A stretch of DNA of 64,000 nucleotides from Macrostomum lignano (lineage: Eukaryota): the NCBI GenBank assembly GCA_002269645.1, contig NIVC01000617.1, positions 446,274 through 510,273 of the forward strand. Reading direction: 5' to 3'. The translations under genes were made by a program, and so were the position numbers. The notes beneath the pieces are model-generated. The model was not told the origin of the DNA, made no database searches, and saw nothing but the letters and a program-made list of their open reading frames with translations. Below, in pieces: positions 9,830 through 23,076 of the stretch; positions within the stretch are counted from its first letter, which is position 1, and each line of letters opens with the position of its first letter.

Positions 9830-10710
9830 GGCTTTGGGCACTGGAATGAGAGATGGCCTATCTCCCCGCAGTTGTAGCACTTGACACCGCTACGCTGCTT
9901 CGAGCTGGACGGAGCCGCCTGCTTGGATTGTTGCTTGTCTTGAAGGCCGGGTTCGGGCGGCTCCTGCTGGCCCTGCTGCATCTGCTCCATCCGTCGGATC
10001 TTTTCTTCCATTTCCTTTACTTTTTGACGCAGTTGGCGTAGCTCCTCGTCTTTGCCGGTGTCACCTGTCGACGTTTCGGTGGCAAAGGCATTCAGCCCAG
10101 CCCTGGGTCTGGCTTTGGACTGGGTCGAAGACGCCTTCTGGGCTGCTTCAAGTTGTCTTACTGTTCGAATGGCATCGGTGAGGTTGGCCGGCTGCTGCAG
10201 GTACAGTCTTTCTCGGACAGTGTCGGTTACTCGAACGCCTTTTAGAAATCTGTCTTTCGCCAGCTCTGTCCTGGTGTCGGCATCCGCGGTGGGGAAGGCA
10301 TTGCGCACCAACTCCAGCAGCTCGTCCCCGAAGGTCTCCACAGACTCCTTGTCTAGCTGATCTCGATTCGATAATTCAAAACGGTAGTCCTGGGCTGTTC
10401 TGTTCATGGTGAACCGCGCCAGTAGTGCATCCGTGAATTCCCCGTACTCGATGTCGTCTGCCAAGTCCAGCTTATCAACGGCAGCGTAGGCTGTTGTGAG
10501 GTCGAGTAGGCCGATCAGGTGCGGCCGCCTGGCTTCTTCTTCTATACCGACAGCCTCGCAGTACTCGTTGAAACTCTGCAGCCATAGGCTGAAATTCATC
10601 GTTGGTATGTACTTGGGCGGCTTCGAGAGTCGTGGCGCTGCTCGGTCGGCGTTGGCTCTGAGGCGCGCAGCCAGCGCATCGATCAGTTGGTCCATAGCTT
10701 GATCACCCAT
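9790..10710 (-). CDS. Gag with CCHC zinc knuckle
   Basis: CYNCGEIGHLSFQC; capsid-like QLDKESVETFGDELLELVRNAFP. Confidence 0.93.
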   Translation of the reverse strand: MGDQAMDQLIDALAARLRANADRAAPRLSKPPKYIPTMNFSLWLQSFNEYCEAVGIEEEARRPHLIGLLDLTTAYAAVDKLDLADDIEYGEFTDALLARFTMNRTAQDYRFELSNRDQLDKESVETFGDELLELVRNAFPTADADTRTELAKDRFLKGVRVTDTVRERLYLQQPANLTDAIRTVRQLEAAQKASSTQSKARPRAGLNAFATETSTGDTGKDEELRQLRQKVKEMEEKIRRMEQMQQGQQEPPEPGLQDKQQSKQAAPSSSKQRSGVKCYNCGEIGHLSFQCPKPGKGKRGPPAGGK

Positions 10711-10934
10711 GGCCGAAGTGACTGAATACCGTTGCTACTCTTTACTCTGAGGTGGTGATAGCTATCGATCTCTGATAACCAATCAGTTGTCTGTCACCGT
10801 GATCAATGTCTTTTGCGGTAGGGCAATAGCCGCAAGCGATAAGCAACAGTCGTTTTAATAAGAAAAAACGCTCACAATATGACAGCAATTTTCATAGAAA
10901 GCAACTGAGCCGACTTTCAATCTTGGGGGACAGT

Positions 10935-10952
10935 GTCCCTGTTCGGGCGCCA
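10935..10952 (-). promoter_or_regulatory. Primer-binding site, tRNA-Lys(UUU)
   Basis: Minus strand TGGCGCCCGAACAGGGAC, 3 nt inside the 5' LTR, matches the known tRNA-Lys3 PBS sequence. Confidence 0.92.
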
Positions 10953-10955
10953 ATT

Positions 10956-11854
10956 TGTTGTAACCCGGGTCGGCTTGGGTGCCCAGTCCCGAGTACAATA
11001 TATATTATATGTGATATAACAGGCGTTGTGACGCTCTGTCTGTACTTTTATGAATACGACGAGCAGGCGTGGCGACGCTCTGCGATAATAATTCGATCCC
11101 TCTGGTGTTGTGACACTCAGAGTTCACGCTGCGGCTCGAGGTGTGGTGACACTCTCGAGTGCTTCTATTCTCTATACCGTAGGGCGTACGCAATATATAT
11201 GGTAAACGGTACCGTACTACAGAAGCTATATGGTCTCCCGGCGTTATGACGCTCTGGCAAGAATTCGGCCTAGCAAGCTTCCCAGAAAGAAAGGACTCAA
11301 ACAGCAGGCGGCTTACCAGTGGCCAGATGACTGTTCACCGTTTATTATTCGCAGGTCTCAAGCGCAGTTTCCGACTTCTTCTTAATTCTCCAAGACTCTT
11401 CTCAATTAGGCTATTGTGTTTCTTTTATCCAAGTAGCTAATGTTGCTGTTTCTTTTATCGAAGTAGCTAATGTTGCTGTTTCTTTTATCAGGTCTCGCGC
11501 TTGCACTCTCGGAGCACACCAAAACACAAAAAGCACGCAGGTGGTGGGCAAGAGCCAGAGTCGCACCATAAATAGCACCCAAACCCTGGGGCAGACGGCC
11601 CCACCGGCTAAGCTCACCAAAACAAACCACGCCGGCCCAGCCAATCAAAACCCCGCCTAAGGGGGGAGGGGCTGCACCCGCGCCAAAGCTGGCCCGGCCG
11701 CAGCCAACCAGCCCTGAGCACGGGGCAGGGGCACGGCTGGGGAGGGGCACGCGCAAAGCCCGGCCGGGGCCAGACCCTGCCACGCCCGCCAACCCCCCCA
11801 ACCAGCCCCAAAGTGCAACGCGCCCTGCCAACTGACAAGGGCGCATGCACTACA
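10956..11854 (-). repeat. 5' LTR
   Basis: Partner of 2144-3042; followed by TSD ATAC. Confidence 0.97.
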
Positions 11855-12236
11855 ATACTACTGCATTACTTATTTAGTTGGCATACACACTGCATGTATC
11901 TATATTCCAAAACGAAAACCCGAAATATAAACTCACTTTCTGGAAAAATCTGCGAATCAATCAGCTCTGTATAATGCATATAGACCCACGCGTACATGTT
12001 CGATCGTTGGAATTCCTTTAAACACTATGCATAATTATAAATATAGGATAAAAATTTGCAACATTGCATTTAAATTTATGCCTTTACACAATTTTTGCCT
12101 TTTGCATGCAAATTTAAATGTTTAATTCCAAATCATACTACTCTGAATACGCAGTAGTATAAACAGAACTACTTTAGCTTGTATATAAAGTTGACAAAAT
12201 ATTTTTTATAGTTTGTATAAAGCTGCATCTCCGATC

Positions 12237-12411
12237 CAAAATGAGAGCCTGTGGGGCCAAAATGAGAGCCTGTGGGGCCAAAATGAGAGCCTGTGGGGCC
12301 AAAATGAGAGCCTGTGGGGCCAAAATGAGAGCTCGTGGGGCCAAAATGAAAGCCTGTGGGGCCAAAATGAGTGCCTGCGTGGCCAAAATGAATGCCTGCG
12401 GCGCTAAAATG
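12237..12411. repeat. 21-bp minisatellite
   Basis: About 8 units of CAAAATGAGAGCCTGTGGGGC. Confidence 0.9.
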
Positions 12412-13420
12412 GAAAATAATGTAGATGTATGAAATTAGTCATGTACACGTAGAATTATTAACTTTGTCCCCCCACCATAAATCCATGATGACGCCCCTGC
12501 TTACATTGTACATGTACAGCCGATTTGAAAGAACCGCTCCCTTCTCAGCTTCCTTGTAATATAACATATATGCACTATCAGATACAACTCAGCAGAATGC
12601 ATCTAACATGTATACCCGCGCTTGCCTTGCCAGCACAAGCGCATAAACACGCGCATAAATACGCGCGTAAGCGTTGCGCAGTTATAAAACCGTCAAACAC
12701 CAAGAGCTATATCGCTATAGCTATATCGCTCTGCATGTATAGTAGGACTAGCCTCCTGCCAAGATTAACAACCCTCCAAATTAACTGAAGCAAAGGCCAG
12801 CCGATCAAGGCCCAGTCGCTCGCCATGTTAATACACGGTGTAAAGTGAGGCTAGCTATTTGGAGAAAAAATTTTTACGACTCAAAACTGCATGCATATAT
12901 AGCGCTCTTGTGCAGCGGGAGAATTTATGATTCTTTTTAGAATAATTACGCGCTCTTATATTGTACAGCAGTGCAGTGTGTGTGTGCTGTGTTACACTAT
13001 ACACGGCGCCCCAGCTCACTGCTATACAGTTTTCTATCCAATAGCTTACGTGTATGTTTATATTTATATTTCCATACAGGGTTGCGCATAGAAAATTGGC
13101 GGCGGCTTCTTTGAACAATTTAAAAAAAAAAACTGTACTCGTAAATATAGTTACTTACCGCGCGCCAGTCCAACTCGAGCTGAATTTTAATATCATATGA
13201 GATATGTGCGGAAGATAAGAATAGAATTAGTATAACTGCTAGGCTTCACAGTAAGGGCTGGGTTAACAGCCACGCTCTGCAAGTGCTGCTTTTATTCACC
13301 ATCAAGAGTTAGAGTAAAATTTTCGTTACATATCGCTTCTCTACAGTGGTTCTCCGATTCAGCTTATCTTTGTATAAGCTCTAGGCGTTAGAAAATACAA
13401 TTTGGCAAATGTTTAAAGCT

Positions 13421-14226
13421 GCTGATGAGTAGCATTTGGCGCCGATGATGAGTAGGATTTGGCGCTGATGAGTAGGATCTGGCGCTGATGAGTAGGATCT
13501 GGCGCTGATGAGTAGGATTTAGCGCCGCTGATGAGTAGGATTTAGCGCCGCTGATGAGTAGGATTTGGCGCCGCTGATGAGTAGGATTTGGCGCCGCTGA
13601 TGAGTAGGATTTGACGCTGATGAGTAGGATTTAGCGCCGCTGATGAGTAGGATTTGGCGCTGATGAGTAGGATTTGGCGCCGCTGATGAGTAGGATTTGG
13701 CGCTGATGAGTAGGATTTGGCGCTGATGAGTAGGATTTAGCGCCGCTGATGAGTAGGATTTGGCGCTGATGAGTAGGATTTGGCGCCGCTGATGAGTAGG
13801 ATTTGGCGCTGATGAGTAGGATTTGGCGCTGATGAGTAGGATTTAGCGCCGCTGATGAGTAGGATTTGGCGCTGATGAGTAGGATTTAGCGCCGCTGATG
13901 AGTAGGATTTAGCGCCGCTGATGAGTAGGATTTAGCGCCGCTGATGAGTAGGATTTAGCGCCGCTGATGAGTAGGATTTGGCGCCGCTGATGAGTAGGAT
14001 TTAGCGCCGCTGATGAGTAGGATTTGGCGCTGATGAGTAGGATTTAGCGCCGCTGATGAGTAGGATTTGGCGCCGCTGATGAGTAGGATTTGGCGCTGAT
14101 GAGAAGGATTTGGCGCTGATGAGTGGATTTAGCGCCGCTGATGAATAGGATTTGGCGCTGATGAGTAGGATTTAGCGCCGCTGATGAGTAGGATTTGGCG
14201 CCGCTGATGAGTAGGATCTGGCGCCG
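13421..14226. repeat. 20/23-bp minisatellite
   Basis: GCTGATGAGTAGGATTTGGC(GCC) tandem units. Confidence 0.95.
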
Positions 14227-14664
14227 CGCATATTGCATCGCGAGGCGCGCGGTTGCGCTCCGCATATTAACTCTTAGCATTTGGAATTACCCAGGGCAAG
14301 AGATTAATACTTTGCTCAAGCACACACGCGTCTGGGTACTTGCATTGCTTTTTTCTATTCTGCTCTTAGTGAAGTGCGAATTTTATTGAGCATAAAATTT
14401 TGCTTACATATGATGCATTTGTGCAGTCAGCAGTCTAATGGAAACATTAGCTGAAATGCAAATATGCAAATATACGCTCGTACAAGCTAGACTGCGATAG
14501 ATGCGAGAGAATGTAAATTAAGCAAAGTGAATGGTGTCTCGTGTGCCAACTTTTCCTTACAAATAGTTGACTTAAAGGCGCCCGTTGAATGATTACAAAT
14601 ACTGCATGTTAAACTCATCATTTTTTGCTTTGACAAACAGGAAGCTTTGACTCTGAACTCAGAC

Positions 14665-15368
14665 TCAGACACAGAATCCATGCAGATGAGGACAGACACA
14701 GAATCCAGGTGAGGACAGACACAGAATGCAGGAGAGGACAGACAGAATCCAGGTGAGGACAGACACAGAATCCAGATTAGGGCAGACACAGAATCCAGGT
14801 GAGGACAGACACAGAATTCAGTTGAGGACAGACACAGAATGCAGGAGAGGACAGACAGAATCAAGGTGAGGACAGATACAGAATCCAGGTGAGGACAGAC
14901 ACAGAATCCAGGTGAGGACAGACACAGAATCCAGGTGAGGACTGACACAGAATCCAGGTGAGGACAGACACAGAATCCAGGTGAGGACAGACACAGAATC
15001 CAGGTGAGGACAGACACAGAATCCAGTTTAAGTCAGACACAGAATGCAGGAGAGGACAGACAGAATCAAGGTGAGGACAGACACAGAATCCAGGTGAGGA
15101 CAGACACAGAATGCAGGAGAGGACAGACACAGAATCCAGTTTAAGTCAGACACAGAATGCAGGAGAGGACAGACAGAATCAAGGTGAGGACAGACACAGA
15201 ATCCAGGTGAGGACAGACACAGAATCCAGGTGAGGACAGACACAGAATCCAGGTAAGGACAGACACAGAATCCAGGTGAGGACAGACACAGAATCCAGTT
15301 GAGGACAGACACAGAATGCAGGAGAGGACAGACAGAATCAAGGTGAGGACAGACACAGTGAGGACAGA
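14665..15368. repeat. 23-bp minisatellite
   Basis: AGGTGAGGACAGACACAGAATCC tandem units. Confidence 0.95.
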
Positions 15369-16073
15369 AGATTTTGGCTATTATTTAGAATATTAAACAA
15401 AATGCAAGGGTCTCATCTTTACAGAACTCGGCGCGTTTAAGTATTAAATCCTTTAAATTAATCCAGCGTTACTTGTATATGCAAATTTCAATTGCAGTCT
15501 AGACTTCAGAAGCTAAGCTATGTATCCAATGGGTATAAACATTAAGACTTGGAAAGTGAGGAAATACTTAATGCTCCTTTATAACTACATGTATGCACAC
15601 CAGAGGGCAAACCACACCGATCGTAAAAGTCATTTAACCGCGACTATGGAGGGTCGGAGGGGCGTATAAACCCGAACGGAAACTATAATATTTATGGCAT
15701 AATTAAGCTCAGCTCAGCTTCATATTGAAAGCAAGTTTGGCGCATTGTATCGCTTTTGGGGCCAGTTTTGGAGTCTGAGGGGAGGGGAGGGGAGGGGGTT
15801 GCGGGTTGAGCCGGTGTTGTAAATCATCACCCTACCCCCCCTCTCCCCTGTCTTCAGCAAACGGTCTGACGGTTTTTATTGTTTTCCGGGCGGCGGTCTC
15901 TTTGTCTTTTGTTTGTAGCTTCTAGATCGTTGTTATAATTGCGCAACGTGTCTCTTTGTGACTAGCTAGATTGAGTTCTAGCATATAAAGCTGTTTACAT
16001 CGAGCTAACAATGGCAACTTTAAGTTATAAAACAAAGAGTCAAGTTTTAATCTTAAATTCCGTTTTGTGAAAT

Positions 16074-16790
16074 TTAGGTTTTGTGAAGTTTAGGTCTTGT
16101 GAACTTTAGGTCTTGTGAAGTTTAGGTCTTGTGAACTTTAGGTCTTGTGAAGTTTAGGTCTCGTGAAGTTTAAGTCCTGTGAATTTTAGGTCTTATGAAG
16201 TTTGGGTCTTCTGAAGTTTACGTCTCGTGAAGTTTAAGTCCTGTGAAGTTTTAGGTCTTCTGAAGTTTAGGTCCTGTAAAGCTTAGGTCTTGTGGAGTCT
16301 AGGTCTTGTAAAGCTTAGGTCTGGTGAGGTTTAGGTTTTGTGAAGTTTAGGTCTTGTGAAGTTTAGGTCTTGTGAACTTTAGGTCTCGTGAAGTTTAAGT
16401 CCTGTGAATTTTAGGTCTTATGAAGTTTGGGTCTTCTGAAGTTTACGTCTCGTGAAGTTTAAGTCCTGTGAAGTTTTAGGTCTTCTGAAGTTTAGGTCCT
16501 GTAAAGCTTAGGTCTTGTGGAGTCTAGGTCTTGTAAAGCTTAGGTCTGGTGAGGTTTAGGTTTTGTGAAGTTTAGGTCTTGTGAAGTTTAGGTCTTGTGA
16601 ATTTTAGGTCTTATGAAGTTTGGGTCTTCTGAAGTTTACGTCTCGTGAAGTTTAAGTCCTGTAAAGCTTAGGTCTTGTGGAGTCTAGGTCTTGTAAAGCT
16701 TAGGTCTGGTGAGGTTTAGGTCTTGTGAAATCGGTGTCTTGAGAAATTTAGGTCCTGTGATGAAGTTTAGGTCTTGTGAAGTTTAGGTCG
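16074..16790. repeat. 16-bp minisatellite with higher-order repeats
   Basis: TTTAGGTCTTGTGAAG and variants. Confidence 0.9.
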
Positions 16791-17263
16791 TGCAAAAGAA
16801 AATGACGCGAGAATCTGTTTCCAATTTGAAATAATAAGCTGATTGAATCTGTGCATTTAAGGGAACTACTTCACTTGTTTATTTTCAACTCGAACAATGG
16901 ATGAAATATTTTATACAGATGAAAACAGCAAAGAAGCCAACGCATTTGACAAGACTATAGCAAAATAAAAACAAGAATAATTCGCCAAAAAGTTTTAAAA
17001 AATCAGCAATAAATTAATCAAGTCAGGACTCAAAGGCGGCATGCACAATCACTAAACTACAAAGCATGTTTTTGTGTTCTTAGTTTCAGAAAAAATGCCA
17101 ATTTTGAACGAGTTTAATAACTGTACAACGCGTTTCTTTCGAAAGATTACAAAAACAAACAAAGCAAAACAGTGTTTCTATAACAAAGAGTTAAAAAACA
17201 AATCATTTGATCATGTTGCTGACTCATTTTGTGTTATATATTAAAATATTTTTGCATATGTGC

Positions 17264-17420
17264 TCAGATTTCTGAGGTACCAATTCCATATATCTGAGGG
17301 TATTTACTCTGGCCTGAGCCAAGTAGCAACAGCTGCTGCTGCTGGGGCTGCTGACTGCCACTGACGCCAGTGCGGACAGGTGTGGCCAGTTTCTGATGCA
17401 TCGGGTGCACCTGTTGCTGC

Positions 17421-17453
<33 letters not shown>

Positions 17454-19327
17454 GGGCTTTGTTTGCACCGGAACAGACGAGTCAACTTCTGCTGCCAGGC
17501 TCTGAAAGACTTCCGGTTGAGCCACACAAACAGGCCAGCTGGCAGACCGGGCGCCAGCGACATGAAAATCTTCAACGCGTAGATGGACGGCGACGGTTGA
17601 GCATCGAGTCGACAGCCGTCAGCGGATGTTAGCAGGCCGCTAGAGTTGACGCAGTGAGCTCGAACCAGCAGCTTGTCGACGCTGGCCTGCCACTGGCCCC
17701 GCTCCATGAACTCGTAGACGTTGGCCGCCAGGACGCACGCAGTCGGCAAGGCGAACAGCCCGGAGAAGATGCTGATCTTCGTCATCAACGTCTCCAGGCG
17801 TCTGAAGCTGGGATTACCGTTGAATTTCAGCCGATGTCGGACGGATACGCTCGAGCAGAGCGCGCTGATTAGAAACAGAAAGCCGCAGAGCAGGCTGACA
17901 GCCGCAGGTGCGATTGAGAAGATCAACAGGTTAGTCCGGTCCGACGCGTCAACTACGCACAGGTGCGTGAGCTCGTCCGCCTCGATTCGATGCAGCACTA
18001 ACAGTACAACGCTCAGGACCAGCGGAACGCCCCAAGCGAACACGTGAAGCCACACGGAACGCTGCGCCAAAGCTTCGTGGGCCCATTTTCTCGCTGCGCA
18101 CAAGTACCAGCAGACGGTCATGAGGAGCCACCAGAGACAGCCGGCAGTGGCAGAGAAGTACAACAGCAGGAAGATGACGGCGCACCAGTGGCCGGCGTGA
18201 CGGCTCACCCGGTACAGAGACGGCCCTAGGGCCGCGTCGGTGCCGGACGCGTCGAACCGGTTGCAGGCGACCTGCGGGCCCAGGCCGGCGCGGAGCAGGT
18301 GACCCAGCGAGAAGAGCCCGTAGCAGGCGGCAATCCACACTATGGGCCGTTCGGGGAACAGAAGCCTTTCGCTGTCCATAGCAAATGTGAGCACAGCTAG
18401 CGAGGTGCATGCGAAGCAGAGTATAGCGGAGATGAGCATCCAAATTTCGGCGAAGGCTTTGTCTTTTTTAGTAAACATGAAGTCGGCGTTGCAGCGCTGG
18501 GCGCAGCTGGCGCCGCTGAGATCGGCGCCCAGTCGAACTTCGGCCGGCGTGCACGGCCCGCGAGCCGATCCCGGTGCCTCCGACGTTGGCGACGCTTCGG
18601 TAGGCGGCGTACTCTCGGCCGCTTCAGCTGGCACGAAGTGTCGAGGAGGCTGCGGCAGTTCGTGCTCGTTCATGCCGCCGACTTTGTACGAGTCGCCGCC
18701 AGGCTTGCGCAGCTCCGTCAGCTGCTGCTCAAATTCCTTGGCGTTCGGTCGCAGGCACAGATTCTTCTTGCCGGACTCGGCACTCTGCTCCGGTGGCAGG
18801 CCCTCGCACGCCAGCCCGGCCGGCCACTCGTGTCCGAATCGCAGCAGCATCGGAGTGCAGAGGTCGCGAATTCGTTCGCAGAACTCGCGACACGGCCGAA
18901 CTAGCAGAGACTCCTGGCACATCGGCAGGTGCATCGAGCAGACGAACAGGCGCATGAATGGCGCGCACGGAGCTCTGATGAGATCTTTGTACTGCTTCAG
19001 CACGTAGCCAACATCTACTCCGGATTGCTTGGTGAATACCTCAGCCGTGGTGCTGTAATAATTGTTCTTACAGGTGGGCACCTCGATTTGGGCCGGCACG
19101 CAGGTTTGAGCTGTGCCGTCAAAACCAGAAACTGCGGGAGCCGCCGCCGCAGCTGCCGCCGCAGCCGCCGCAGCCGCAGCAGCCGCAGCCTCCGCGTTTT
19201 CGTCCGGAGCATTAGGAGAAGAATCAGTAGCTGTAATCGCGTCAGTTGATAGTGTCAACAACAGTAAGATTGCTAAGCCGTTTAGACTTTGCCGCCTATT
19301 TGGTGGCGAAGACGTTGCCAACTTCAT
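17264..19327 (-). CDS. fzd: Frizzled Wnt receptor, Fzd4/9/10-like, single coding exon
   Basis: Signal peptide, 10-Cys CRD, 7TM region with PERPI and DELTHLCVV motifs, KSFRAW (KTxxxW-like), poly-Ala and poly-Gln tracts, C-terminal PDZ-type SEI. Confidence 0.95.
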
Positions 19328-19773
19328 TAAACAACTTTATCTCTTAAAAATTGCAACTCTCCTAGATCTTGTAGCGCCTTGAAGCTTGATTCTGGTTTGG
19401 CGTAGATTTTATTTTCAAACAAGTCCGACTTTTTAAAGCCCTTCCTCACCCTCTCGTTTAAAGGGGGACGAGAGAGAGAGAAAGAGAGAGAGGAGAGGCA
19501 GACCAACGGTGGTTGGCTCGGGTCGCTCTTTGACTTCTCGCTGGTGTGGGTGGCCGGGGTTGACGTGACTGAACATTTCTTGAGCCTGTGGCCAATAAGG
19601 CCTCATTGAAAAGAGTTTATAAAATTCTTCTTTCTTATCTATTTTTACACACCACACACACATGGACCGCTTGCTCTAATTTTGGTGGGCACTAAAAGAG
19701 GCATTTAATTTTTTATAAACCAAGCTTAACTAGTTTTGTATGTTTATTGTAATGTTGGCTTAATTGCTCGGAT

Positions 19774-20793
19774 TTTGGCGCCCGTTTTGATATAGATTTT
19801 GGCGTCTTTTCTGATAGCTTTTGATAGCTTTTGGTTTTGGCGCCTGTTTTGAAACAGATGTTGGAGCCTGTTGTGACATATAGATTTTGGCGCCTGTTTT
19901 GAAACAGATGTTGGAGCCTGTTGTGACATATAGATTTTGGCGCCTGTTTTGAAACAGATTTGGCGCCTGTTTTGAAACAGATTTTGGCGCCTGTTTTGAC
20001 AGATTTGGCGCCTGTTTTGACACAGATTTTGGCGCCTGCTTTGACACAGATGTTGGAGCCTGTTGTGACATATAGATTTTGGCGCCTGTTTTGAAACAGA
20101 TGTTGGAGCCTGTTGTGACATATAGATTTTGGCGCCTGTTTTGAAACAGATTTTGGCGCCTGTTTTGAAACAGATTTTGGCGCCTGTTTTGAAACAGATT
20201 TTGGCGCCTGTTTTGACAGATTTGGCGCCTGTTTTGACACAGATTTTGGCGCCTGCTTTGACACAGATTTGGCGCCTGTTTTGACATATAGATTTTGGCG
20301 CCTGTTTTGACACAGATTTTGGCGCCTGCTTTGACACAGATTTGGCGCCTGTTTTGACATATAGATTTTGGCGCCTGTTTTGACACAGATTTTGGCGCCT
20401 GTTTTGACATATAGATTTTGGCGCCTGTTTTGACACAGATTTGGCCCCTGTTTTGACACAGATTTGGCCCCTGTTTTGACACAGATTTGGCCCCTGTTTT
20501 GACAGATTTGGCGCGTGTTTTGACACAGATTTGGCCCCTGTTTTGACAGATTTGGCGCGGGTTTTGACACAGATTTGGCGCCTGTTTTGACACAGATTTG
20601 GCCCCTGTTTTGACACAGATTTGGCCCCTGTTTTGACAGAGTTGGCGCCTGTTTTGACACAGATTTGGCGCCTGTTTTGACAGAGTTGGCGCCTGTTTTG
20701 ACACAGATTTGGCGCCTGTTTTGACACAGATTTGGCGCCTGCTTTGACAGATTTTGGCGCCTGTTTTGACACAGATTTGGCGCCTGTTTTGAC
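19774..20793. repeat. ~23-bp minisatellite upstream of frizzled
   Basis: TTTGGCGCCTGTTTTGACACAGA tandem units. Confidence 0.95.
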
Positions 20794-21324
20794 TTTGCAA
20801 CTACTTTAACAAAAAGCTTTTGATTCGATTAAACAAAACTCTTGGCACTATGAACAATGACTTGACTACATGCATGTAATTTTTATGAAATCGGAATTTT
20901 GTAGTTTGATCCGCTTATTCGATTATCCGGTTATTGTGGCGCTGATGAAGAACGGCCAGAAAAAAGAGAGAGCTACGCTCGTAAAACGGTTTCAAGCTTG
21001 GCTTGGCTTATAGCCGCGACAGAAATGGCTTTAACCTCCTTTCATCCACGGAGGGGGAGAGAGAGAGAAGGGCATCAAACGAATTTAAGTAAAAAAAGGT
21101 TATAAGAAGCCACTTTGACGCGCGACACTGGGCCATCTATCACGGTGTCAGGCCAAGGCGGAGAGCCGGGCCAAAGGTAAGAATGCCAATATATTACCCG
21201 ACTCGGCCCTGCACAAGGAGATCTGAAGTCACGAGTGCTTCGGAGAACGTTCTTTGACGTAACGGGCAGGAATCAGCTGACACTTTCCTCTGTCTGTCTG
21301 ACAATTTTTCTTTAGCTTTCTTTA

Positions 21325-22470
21325 AAGTCGTGTCTAATCTCACCTTTAGAGTTGTGTCTAATCTCAAATTTAGAGTCGTGTCTAATCTCACTTTTAAAGT
21401 CGCGGCTAACCTCAATTTAAAGTCGAGTCTAATCTTACCTTTAGAGTCGTGTCTAATCTCACCTTTAGAATCGTGTCTAATCTCAAATTTAGAGTCGTGT
21501 CTAATCTCACCTTAAAGTCGTGTCTAATCTCACCTTTAGATTCCTGTCTAATCTCAATTTTAGAATCGTGTCTAATCTCACCTTTAGATTCGTAACTAAT
21601 CTCAAATTTAGAGTGGTGTCTAATCTCACCTTAGACTCGTGTCTAATCTCACCTTAGACTCGTGTCTAATCTCACCTTAGACTCGTGTCTAATCTCACCT
21701 TAGACTCGTGTCTAATCTCACCTTTAGAGTTGTGTCTAATCTCAAATTTAGAGTCGTGTCTAATCTCACTTTTAAAGTCGCGGCTAACCTCAATTTAAAG
21801 TCGAGTCTAATCTTACCTTTAGAGTCGTGTCTAATCTCACCTTTAGTATCGTGTCTAATCTCAAATTTAGAGTCGTGTCTAATCTCACCTTAAAGTCGTG
21901 TCTAATCTCACCTTTAGATTCCTGTCTAATCTCAATTTTAGAATCGTGTCTAATCTCACCTTTAGATTCGTAACTAATCTCAAATTTAGAGTGGTGTCTA
22001 ATCCCACCTTAGACTCGTGTCTAATCTCACCTTAGACTCGTGTCTAATCTCACCTTAGACTCGTGTCTAATCTCACCTTTAGAATCGCGTCAAACTCACA
22101 TTTAGAGTCGTGTCTAATAATACCTTAGAGTTGTGTTTAATCTAACCTCAGAGTCGTGTCTAATTTCACCTTTAGAATCGAGTATAATCTCACCTTTAGA
22201 GTCATGTCTAATCTCACTTCTAGATTCGTGTCAAATCTCACCTTTCGAATCAAGTCTAATCTCGCCTTTAGAATCGAATCTAATCTCACCCTTAGAGTTG
22301 TGTCTAATCTCAAATTTAGAGTTATGTCTAATCTCACTTTGGAGTCGTGTCTAACCTCACCTTTAGAATCTTGTCTAATCTCACCTTTAGATTAATGTTG
22401 GATCTCAAATGTAGAGTTTTGCCTAATCTCAGCCTTAGAGTTGTGTCTAATCTCACCTTAGAGTCGTGTC
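21325..22470. repeat. 24-bp minisatellite with a ~378-bp higher-order duplication
   Basis: GTCGTGTCTAATCTCACCTTTAGA units; the blocks at 21330 and 21708 are near-identical. Confidence 0.9.
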
Positions 22471-22636
22471 TTATCTGGTAGTTGCGAGTACTCTAGCGTC
22501 TGACAATTTCACAGAGAAATTTTACTATCAGAAATGTCTGACACTCTAGCAGCTGAAACTTGCTAAATTGTCTGACACTTCATACGTCGTACATTTTTAA
22601 CCGTAACTTTCCATTCTAGAGTGTCTGGATGTGTGC

Positions 22637-22781
<145 letters not shown>

Positions 22782-23076
22782 AGCCTACCTAGCTTAAGCC
22801 TTCTATTCTAACTCCTGTTTCCACTTTGGACACATAGCGCCACACGACTCCAAAGCACCCTCTCGGGGGGGTAATAAAAATGAGAAAATTTACAACTTCT
22901 ATTCTACAGCAAATCCTAACTTATGCGTTTTTAGCATAGCCAGAAACACACAGCAGTATCAACCTGTGTTTCGGTTCTTTTTTGCCTCATTTTTCAGGCT
23001 TGCTATCGGCAAATGCTTTTCTTGCTAGGTTGCAGGTCAGCGGAGTGCTGAAAGTAGTCAGCTGGGTGCTTGACCA

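Larger units (their letters stand above)
2144..11854 (-). mobile_element. Full-length Ty3/gypsy LTR retrotransposon (9711 bp) with an extra J-domain ORF
   Basis: Two 899-bp TG...CA LTRs; 4-bp TSD ATAC at 2140-2143 and 11855-11858; primer-binding site and polypurine tract; gene order gag-PR-RT-RH-IN. Confidence 0.97.

Noticed and set aside
9001-20970. CTGATGA(G) motifs (pol linker array, 13421 array, ~20942) as hammerhead ribozymes
   Set aside because: No stem II followed by GAAA and no closing stems could be built.
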